Below are positions 44,694 through 50,937 of a stretch of DNA of 50,937 bases, piece after piece. The first letter of the stretch is position 1; the number at the start of each line of letters is the position of its first letter. Under the pieces are notes generated by a model. That model did not search any database. It saw only the letters and a program-made list of their open reading frames with translations, and was not told the DNA's origin. The DNA is from a virus (taxonomy: Duplodnaviria > Caudoviricetes), in the IMG/VR virus record IMGVR_UViG_3300036846_000860, positions 1-50,937 of that record. One strand, written 5' to 3'. A program made the position numbers and the translations under genes.

Positions 44694-46020
44694 TTACCCG
44701 AAATCGTTCAAACCACTCGAGCGTGATGCAGTACGGCAGTTAGTGTGTGATGCTTTCGGGATGACGAAGGATAAGCTAGACGAGTTGTTGATCGGTCACG
44801 ATAATACCAACGGACAAGGTGTTCTCCCCGTTGTCGACGCCACAGCCGCGGTGAGGGCAGAGCAGGAGTTGTTAGACCTACTCCCCTCCCGCGGTTTGTT
44901 ACGGGATTATGTTGAGTACACATCGCATTCAGAGGCACCGCTTGCCTATCACGTGTTCAGCGCGCTGTGCGCGATTGGGACGTTGTTAAATAGACGGGTT
45001 TGGTTTGACATGGGGATTTATAAAGTATACCCCACACTTGGTATTATCATTTTGGGCCCGTCCGGCATCAAGAAGACCAGCGCAGCCAACATCATCGTGA
45101 ACATGCTACAGGAGTTATCACTCGTGAAGGTGTACAGCGAAAAGCTAACCCCTGAAGCGTTAATCGAGAGCATGAAGGGAGATAACGCGGTAGGTTTAGT
45201 TTACGCGCCCGAAATGACAGTGTTCTTAAACAAACAAAAATACAACGAAGGGTTGGTGCAAGTCATCACGCGCTTCATGGATTGTCCTGACATCTGGGAG
45301 AGCAAGACAATCGGGAGGGGTACAAGTGTCATACGTAACGTGGCCATTAGCAGCCTTATGTGTTCTACACTTGATTGGTTCGTCAAGGCTACGCCGGAAG
45401 ATAGTTTCGGAGGCGGCTTCATTGCACGAAATCTCCTCATTGTGCAGAATACTTCGACACGGATTGAACCTATACCGCAACCTGGAGATCCTCACCTACG
45501 TGGTAATCTTATTTCTGGGCTTGCTACTATACACGCATTCGCTGGACAAATCCACTTCTCCAGCGCAGCCCGCGAACGATACATTGATTGGTACTCCACA
45601 ACCCATCTCGAAGATATCAGACAACCAGCGCACGAGTTGTTGGCAACTTACCATAACCGAAAACCCGACCACGCTAAAAGGATCGGGATTTGTCTGCATC
45701 TTAGCGAGCACGGGACGTTTGAGATGTGTGAGCGATGTTTTAGTAAAGCCCTTGACTTGCTCGGGTGGGCAGAGCAGTTCCTTCCCGAGTTATTGAAGCA
45801 GATGTTTAAGACCGGGGTTGGGGAGAGTCACGACGAGGTTGCGAGACTGGTTGCAATCAACGCTCCGATGCCGCATTCTGACTTGGTACGGAAAATGTCC
45901 GGTAAAATGTCCGCGATCGATCTCCGCACAATCATCAACTCGTTGAAGGAAGCAAACATCATCCGTGAGCATGCTGACAACGTCGGGCATTACTACGAGA
46001 TGGTGAAGGAGGAATCGTGA
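44569..46020 (+). CDS. DUF3987-like P-loop helicase (replication)
   Basis: SEAPLAYH, YPTL.IIILGPSGIKKTSA, TPEALI, GGFIAR; follows the polymerase. Confidence 0.75.
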   Translation: MTNSLKEWTRSQLEQLETLKQLLAGRQLNPKLLPEIISWLRSYPKSFKPLERDAVRQLVCDAFGMTKDKLDELLIGHDNTNGQGVLPVVDATAAVRAEQELLDLLPSRGLLRDYVEYTSHSEAPLAYHVFSALCAIGTLLNRRVWFDMGIYKVYPTLGIIILGPSGIKKTSAANIIVNMLQELSLVKVYSEKLTPEALIESMKGDNAVGLVYAPEMTVFLNKQKYNEGLVQVITRFMDCPDIWESKTIGRGTSVIRNVAISSLMCSTLDWFVKATPEDSFGGGFIARNLLIVQNTSTRIEPIPQPGDPHLRGNLISGLATIHAFAGQIHFSSAARERYIDWYSTTHLEDIRQPAHELLATYHNRKPDHAKRIGICLHLSEHGTFEMCERCFSKALDLLGWAEQFLPELLKQMFKTGVGESHDEVARLVAINAPMPHSDLVRKMSGKMSAIDLRTIINSLKEANIIREHADNVGHYYEMVKEES

Positions 46021-46418
46021 AAGAACGCTTTGACAAAAACTGGGATGACCTTGCTCGTCAGGTTGGTTACGCCAACCGTCATGATATGTTGTTTAACATG
46101 TACGTCGAGCAGGGTTTGTCGTTAAAGGAGATAGGTCAACGGATAGGTGCTAGCGGGCATGCCGTCATGCGCCAGCTCGACAAACTCTTTATCGAACGAC
46201 GTTCACGTGGGGGGTTTAATAATTTGGCAGGACAAACGCGCAAGCTCCACCGTCTCGACCAACGCGTTATCATGCGGTATAACCTCGACGCGACGGCGAA
46301 GCTTGTGGGGGTGTCAACAAGTTTGCTGTATAAATACCGACGCGCAATTAACGAGGAGGACGTGTGGAATTCTGTATCATGTGCCCAACCGACAAACTTG
46401 AGCGATACGCAACCTTAA
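46017..46418 (+). CDS. HTH DNA-binding protein (possible late activator)
   Basis: MYVEQGLSLKEIGQRIGASGHAVMRQL and a second HTH TAKLVGVSTSLLYKY. Confidence 0.7.
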   Translation: MKERFDKNWDDLARQVGYANRHDMLFNMYVEQGLSLKEIGQRIGASGHAVMRQLDKLFIERRSRGGFNNLAGQTRKLHRLDQRVIMRYNLDATAKLVGVSTSLLYKYRRAINEEDVWNSVSCAQPTNLSDTQP

Positions 46419-47050
46419 GTAACCACCATTTGTTATTGTGTCAAGAACGCGACCCGGCATACTGGGAGTTTTACAAAACCCGAGCGGCACAGGGGGATCA
46501 TTTAATCCTCGACAACGGTGCGTATGAGGGGCAGAAGGATTGGTCAGTACTACGCAGACGGATTGTATCCGCCGAACCTAATGTAGTTGTCCTGCCGGAT
46601 TATATCTGCCTGAAGTGGCAAGAAACGTATTTTATAGCTCGCAGGTTTCTCGATGAGAACTTCAAAACATTCCCTCACGTGCAATGGATGTATGTACCGC
46701 AAGCCAAACAGGGCGATATCATCGGTTGGTGTTTTGGTTTAATGACAGCGCTGGAGGATCCGAGAATTACCTGGGTTGGATTACCGCGCGCTCTCGCTTA
46801 CCTCTACACGGAAGATCGCTTCATCCGTGCGCGGATCGCTGAACACCTTAAACTTTACCACCCGCATATAACAATCCACGCGCTGGGGATGGTAATGGGT
46901 GACGTAGATGAATTAAACTCATTGAGCGCTTGTGGGTGTGTGGAGAGCATCGACAGTCACTGGCCGGTGAAGGGTAAGACCGAGACGGAGATTTTAGAAA
47001 GACTGGAGGTGTGCGGTGTCAACACAATTAGCGCTCGGCCAGGAAATTGA
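46364..47050 (+). CDS. Compact TGT-fold transglycosylase, DpdA-like
   Basis: LDNGAY, VLPD, YVPQ, IHALG, ESIDS line up with TGT catalytic and substrate-binding motifs; co-occurs with folE and queCDE. Confidence 0.75.
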   Translation: MEFCIMCPTDKLERYATLSNHHLLLCQERDPAYWEFYKTRAAQGDHLILDNGAYEGQKDWSVLRRRIVSAEPNVVVLPDYICLKWQETYFIARRFLDENFKTFPHVQWMYVPQAKQGDIIGWCFGLMTALEDPRITWVGLPRALAYLYTEDRFIRARIAEHLKLYHPHITIHALGMVMGDVDELNSLSACGCVESIDSHWPVKGKTETEILERLEVCGVNTISARPGN

Positions 47051-47273
47051 ACACATGGGGACGTTGTACCTCGTTGTGAGGATTGTTAAATCAACAAGTT
47101 TGTTTGAGAATGAAGATGGCACCGTCAACAAGGCGGAGGAGGAGTACGCCGAACTACGCAGTCAACGTGGGGAGATAAACTTCATCGCCTTCACCGAGAT
47201 TGAGGAACCGTTCTTAACCAAACGCAGCACTATCAGAGCACTACCGTGCTTTCCTTGGAGGGTGAAGAAATGA
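47016..47273 (+). CDS. Hypothetical protein (85 aa)
   Basis: GGAGGT SD, GTG start. Confidence 0.6.
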   Translation: MSTQLALGQEIEHMGTLYLVVRIVKSTSLFENEDGTVNKAEEEYAELRSQRGEINFIAFTEIEEPFLTKRSTIRALPCFPWRVKK

Positions 47274-47638
47274 CGCAGTTATATAAACCGTTTGGAGCAC
47301 GCTTGTTGGTTGATCCGATCGAGACGACGTTATCGTTGGAGGATCGAGCTCAACGCGCCGGACTTGAGATTGTACTCGAACAAGATCACCGTCCCCGCCC
47401 AACACAAGGACGTGTTGTGGCACTCGGCGCCGATCCATTACTGCAAGAGAGCATAAAAATAGGGGACGTAGTGTTCTTCGCCCCCTACTCCGGCAACGAT
47501 GTCGTGCTCGAAGGTGTAACATTCCGTCAGCTCGAACTTCAGGATGTGACAGGTGTTATGACGTCTTCACCTCAGACTGATCAATCGAGTTCAGAAGGTC
47601 AACTGTCGCCTGTGTGTACTCCTGAATCGCCTGAGTAA
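47270..47638 (+). CDS. groES: Co-chaperonin GroES-like
   Basis: KPFGARLLV, GRVVALG, IKIGDVVFFAPYSG, QDVTGV. Confidence 0.85.
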   Translation: MTQLYKPFGARLLVDPIETTLSLEDRAQRAGLEIVLEQDHRPRPTQGRVVALGADPLLQESIKIGDVVFFAPYSGNDVVLEGVTFRQLELQDVTGVMTSSPQTDQSSSEGQLSPVCTPESPE

Positions 47639-47933
47639 ACAGGGCTTCGTTGGCGATCTTCTTACCAACCACCATCTCACTCGTTTTGATGATGTTACCA
47701 ACAAGCGGGATCGCGGCTTGCAACTTCTGCGCTCCAGTACTGTTGGGGATTGCGGCGAAGGCGGTTTCGATTGTTGTGACGACCGATCCGATTTGCGTGA
47801 GGTCGTTCACAACGGTTGTGGTCGTTGTCGCCGCTTTTCCACTTCCCAAAAACGGTTCGATGATTGGACCAACGCCCGCCGCGATCCCGACGATCTTCAA
47901 CAACACCTGTCCTAACTTCTTCAAAAACGTCAT
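47556..47933 (-). CDS. Hypothetical amphipathic protein, last gene of the late arm (possible lysis accessory)
   Basis: AAGGAG SD; N-terminal hydrophobic/amphipathic helix; TGAQKLQAA motif. Confidence 0.6.
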   Translation of the reverse strand: MTFLKKLGQVLLKIVGIAAGVGPIIEPFLGSGKAATTTTTVVNDLTQIGSVVTTIETAFAAIPNSTGAQKLQAAIPLVGNIIKTSEMVVGKKIANEALFTQAIQEYTQATVDLLNSIDQSEVKTS

Positions 47934-48190
47934 GCTGGTGTCTCCTTTGCGTTCACTCCGTTAGATTTAACAACAACCTCAGAAGGTTTGGTACCTGACG
48001 CAGTAGAAATACTCGGGTGTATAGTGCTCCGACCGTTGAGAGCAACATACCCAACGATAAATACGAAAAGCTTGTACGCTTTCTGAAAAGTTGGGTAGTC
48101 GTTAAAGACTTCCCACGGGGGTAGTAACGTGTGTGCGACAGAAGCAATTGCAACAATCTCACCACCGGTTTTAATCAGATCTACGCTCAA
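47930..48190 (-). CDS. Small membrane protein (holin candidate)
   Basis: Two hydrophobic segments and a polar C-tail; end of the late operon. Confidence 0.5.
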   Translation of the reverse strand: MSVDLIKTGGEIVAIASVAHTLLPPWEVFNDYPTFQKAYKLFVFIVGYVALNGRSTIHPSISTASGTKPSEVVVKSNGVNAKETPA

Positions 48191-49491
48191 GGGTTCCCTC
48201 CAACGAATTTAAGTTGATTGTGTCCAACGGCTAGCTGTCTGTACAGTTCGGCGTAGTCCGCACTTAACTCCGCCACGGCATCTGTACGGTATTGCTTCTC
48301 GGGGATCCGCATCCGTTTACAAATCTCATACGGCTCACGGAACGAACCCTCGATGCTGTCTCCCAATCCCGTTACTGCCGCGATAGCTCCACCGCCCCTG
48401 GTAGAGACCAACCTATCACGTGCGTCGAGCATGACCTCAAAAAAGTACAGGTGAGGTCTATCCGAACGCGTTAAACCCTGTATTGGGATACCGCCTGGGT
48501 GAACAAACTCATCACTAGGATGTGGTGGTATGCTTACCCTAACCGCACTTGCATATCCTGCCTTGAGAGGGATTTCATCAGGCTGTTCCCCCCTCGCCAT
48601 CTTCGCGACGATCTCACCCAGGTCACCGTCAACCAACTCAAGCAAGGATGGAAATGCGTCGTAACCAAAGCGTGGTGTAAACTCAAGCGCCCAAACACCT
48701 TCTTCATTCACAACAGTATTGAGGTCGACAGGGCCGACGTAGTTGTAGTCGCGCAGTAGGGGAGCCATCAACTTGATGCCCTCCTCAATCACACGGTTAG
48801 TTTGCCGTACAGCCCAAACAACGTTGAAAGCACAACCGCTGGACGGACCGAGGTCCTCATTCATAACAGCTTTATGTTCGATCGTGTGGTTGAACGGCTC
48901 CATCCACTCATACCCGTTGAACCATCCCTCTGTGCTAACCGCGATACCTTCGACAAAGTTCTGAAAGATGAACTCAGGCGACTTGCGCGAGATTGACTCA
49001 AAATAATCCAACATCGTGAGCATGTCGAGTTTGTCACATGATACGTACGACCCCACCCCATGCTCGTCAGAAAACTTTCCGGTTGGCTTAAAGACCAGCT
49101 TGCCGGCATGTTTATTGACATACGCTCGCCCCTCCTCCCACGAGTAGAACGTTTTGAACTCCGGCACCTTTATTCCAGCTTGCGCCATAAGTTCAAAGGC
49201 AAGTTCTCGATCCAGTTCCAGATTGTCTGCAAAGACACTACCGAGAAATACAAAGTGACCACGAGCACGAAGACGATCAGCAGTGCTACCCCCTCCAGTA
49301 CTGTCAAACACAACGATTGTATCTTTCGCCAGATGGTCATCCCACTTGTCGATCTTGTCGATCAACCCCTCGTAGTTTTGGCGTTCGGTCTTTCCAACAA
49401 TGCGTGCTTTCACCTCATGTCCTGCTGCGCGTAGACGGAGGGCGAAGCCCAACCCGTCGCCTTTCAACGACATAAGAAGGAACTTCGCCAT
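48187..49491 (-). CDS. PurD (GAR synthetase)-like ATP-grasp ligase
   Basis: LELDR...GIKVP, VFKP, QNFVEG, EHK...DLGPSSG, LEFTPRFGYD, QYRTD: full-length GARS-like architecture, but NTGGMG is replaced by SSGCAF. Confidence 0.85.
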   Translation of the reverse strand: MAKFLLMSLKGDGLGFALRLRAAGHEVKARIVGKTERQNYEGLIDKIDKWDDHLAKDTIVVFDSTGGGSTADRLRARGHFVFLGSVFADNLELDRELAFELMAQAGIKVPEFKTFYSWEEGRAYVNKHAGKLVFKPTGKFSDEHGVGSYVSCDKLDMLTMLDYFESISRKSPEFIFQNFVEGIAVSTEGWFNGYEWMEPFNHTIEHKAVMNEDLGPSSGCAFNVVWAVRQTNRVIEEGIKLMAPLLRDYNYVGPVDLNTVVNEEGVWALEFTPRFGYDAFPSLLELVDGDLGEIVAKMARGEQPDEIPLKAGYASAVRVSIPPHPSDEFVHPGGIPIQGLTRSDRPHLYFFEVMLDARDRLVSTRGGGAIAAVTGLGDSIEGSFREPYEICKRMRIPEKQYRTDAVAELSADYAELYRQLAVGHNQLKFVGGNP

Positions 49492-49497
49492 CGCGTG

Positions 49498-49689
49498 TTA
49501 ACCCCCATGCGTTTTTGGACCGCTTACTAGGTTTGGATCGAGTTTTGTGTTGGTTGTTTGACGTCGGCAGGAGACCGTCTTCGGATCGATGTGTTCGTAG
49601 GTTTCCTCTCCCGGATGTTTGTTTGGACCGGTGCAGAGTTTTGGATCGATTTGAGTGTTTGGTTGTTCAAGCCTTGGTTTCATCCCCAT
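49498..49689 (-). CDS. Small protein with three [IL]DP[KN] repeats (63 aa)
   Basis: NTQIDPKLCTGPNKH / EHIDPKTVS / NTKLDPNLVSGPKTH; GAGGAGG SD. Confidence 0.6.
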   Translation of the reverse strand: MGMKPRLEQPNTQIDPKLCTGPNKHPGEETYEHIDPKTVSCRRQTTNTKLDPNLVSGPKTHGG

Positions 49690-49829
49690 TACGTTTCCTC
49701 CTCGTAGGTTTCCTCGTGGCCGTCATCCGGCTCGTAGGCGTGTTCGTCTTCATCTTCCTCGTCCTCAACGTCCGGGTCGATGATGTTCTCCGTATCCGAG
49801 TTCGAAAAGCATTTGATGTTCGAGATCAC
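49689..49829 (-). CDS. Highly acidic small protein (46 aa), not in ORF track
   Basis: AAGGAGGT SD, GTG 49829, MISNIKCFSNSDTENIIDPDVEDEEDEDEHAYEPDDGHEETYEEET; TAATG coupling to the next gene. Confidence 0.6.
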   Translation of the reverse strand: MISNIKCFSNSDTENIIDPDVEDEEDEDEHAYEPDDGHEETYEEET

Positions 49830-50937
49830 GTTCTGGCACCTCCTTTAAAGGTTTAAATCCTAACACCTTCAAAAGCGCTGGCGTTGGATGACCGTTCTCG
49901 TCGAACGGATCCTCCCCGCTCTCGATTACTTGGTAGATGTTTTTTGCCTCTAACCCCGTTGGGAAGAAGTTCATTGGGTATTCTAACACCTGCCGACGTG
50001 CCTCGCGACCATCCGGACTATCCTTCGGCGCTTGCAACAGGTTCTCGATGAACTTCGCATGAGGCGACATATCAACCCCAGCCGGGCTGAACCAGAACCA
50101 CTTACCTACATCCGCCCCCGCTCCGTTCATTGCTGATACCGCAGCGTAGTTGCTAGCAGCCCAGAGCGCGGTAGTCTTCATCGCCGTTTGTGGGTGCTCG
50201 CTGAATTTTGACGCCCCACGTTTCAAAAAGTCCATATAATTCAACGGCCACATTCCAAACTGCCCAAAGATACGACCCGCGCCAGTACGAAGAACGGTAG
50301 GTTGAGTTCCGCGTCGATACGGCCAGAGGGTGAGATCGAGTGTCTCAAGCGCTATGTTGCGGGCGATATCCTCATCACTAAACCCTGTGTCGTGTAACTG
50401 CGCTAGCGTCCGATCGACGAAGGGTTTGTCCGCCCACCACAATGAGGTGTTATCCTGGTGGATTAGTTCATCAACTCCCATCTTACCCGCGCGGTATTGA
50501 CGTACTGCGTTAAGGGCAGAATCGTACTCCCCATTGAAAACCACAGCTCGTGCGATGTTATGACCCCACCGGGATGGAGACAGTAAGCGGTTAGCAAATT
50601 GGGTGATGCGGTCTGTACTAGCACCAGCTGGCAGTTCTGAGAAGATATCTCCATACAGCTCTCCGATCGTATGCTTGCCTAGTAATGCTCCCTGTTCCTC
50701 AGCAAGCTGCCAACCCTGTTTTGTTAGGCCCTTCGCCAACCCGGACATGAAGCGAGAAACTCCCATCACGGGCATGCCGGTTGAGAACACCTGTAGTGAG
50801 TCCCGGATTGGGATCGATGCACGCAGACCCAACCCAGCCGCATACGACCAGATCATTAACTTGTTGATCACGGTCTTGGGGGCGGAAAACTCAGTAGGCA
50901 GCTGAGCGTACGACGGGAGGTGTTTATTCATCGCCTC
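49765..50937 (-). CDS. Large internal virion/ejection protein, C-terminal part
   Basis: Same frame as 1..3367 through the terminal repeat; RIFGQFGMWP motif typical of the C-termini of large internal proteins. Confidence 0.8.
   Translation of the reverse strand, partial: EAMNKHLPSYAQLPTEFSAPKTVINKLMIWSYAAGLGLRASIPIRDSLQVFSTGMPVMGVSRFMSGLAKGLTKQGWQLAEEQGALLGKHTIGELYGDIFSELPAGASTDRITQFANRLLSPSRWGHNIARAVVFNGEYDSALNAVRQYRAGKMGVDELIHQDNTSLWWADKPFVDRTLAQLHDTGFSDEDIARNIALETLDLTLWPYRRGTQPTVLRTGAGRIFGQFGMWPLNYMDFLKRGASKFSEHPQTAMKTTALWAASNYAAVSAMNGAGADVGKWFWFSPAGVDMSPHAKFIENLLQAPKDSPDGREARRQVLEYPMNFFPTGLEAKNIYQVIESGEDPFDENGHPTPALLKVLGFKPLKEVPERDLEHQMLFELGYGEHHRPGR
50754..50937. repeat. Terminal direct repeat (copy 2)
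   Basis: Matches 1-184 with one mismatch. Confidence 0.97.

Noticed and set aside
47270-47638. Phage GroES as a novelty
   Set aside because: Phage co-chaperonins (e.g. T4 gp31) are well known.
48187-49491. Calling the gene purD, an auxiliary purine-synthesis gene
   Set aside because: Signature is altered, no other pur genes are present, and it lies in the virion operon; gene symbol withheld.
1-50937. Stop-codon reassignment or tRNA genes
   Set aside because: Genes are full length in the standard code with tight coupling and all three stops are used; no cloverleaf was seen in the few intergenic gaps.

Overview
The window is an apparently complete, circularly permuted tailed-phage genome of 50,753 bp. 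Positions 1-184 repeat at 50754-50937 with one synonymous SNP. It has two divergent arms. The minus-strand late arm (29783 down to 1, wrapping to 47556) carries TerS, TerL, portal, scaffold, major capsid, four large fibre/depolymerase-like genes, a podovirus-type adaptor/nozzle, a GNAT, three ejection proteins, a PurD-like ATP-grasp enzyme and small membrane proteins. The plus-strand early/replication arm (30023-47638) carries small proteins behind sigma70-type promoters, a nuclease/Sak4-like/SSB recombination module, a complete preQ0 7-deazaguanine pathway (FolE, QueD, QueE, QueC) with a compact TGT/DpdA-like protein, a UDG-PolA fusion, a helicase and GroES. The most striking observation is that four consecutive, translationally coupled fibre-like genes (about 12.2 kb) all begin with Sec-type signal peptides and carry closely paired cysteines. 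This suggests export and disulfide bonding of receptor-binding parts outside the cytoplasm. Other oddities are a circularly permuted AAA_24/Sak4-like ATPase, a QueE with a CX27CX9C cluster motif, a PolA with an aberrant motif B, four paralogous basic-helix early proteins, and a GACCACTGGG box abutting three promoters. No endolysin, integrase, tRNA or CRISPR array was recognised. An Acidobacteria-like diderm host is my inference from protein style only. All family calls come from motif recognition by eye, not database searches.
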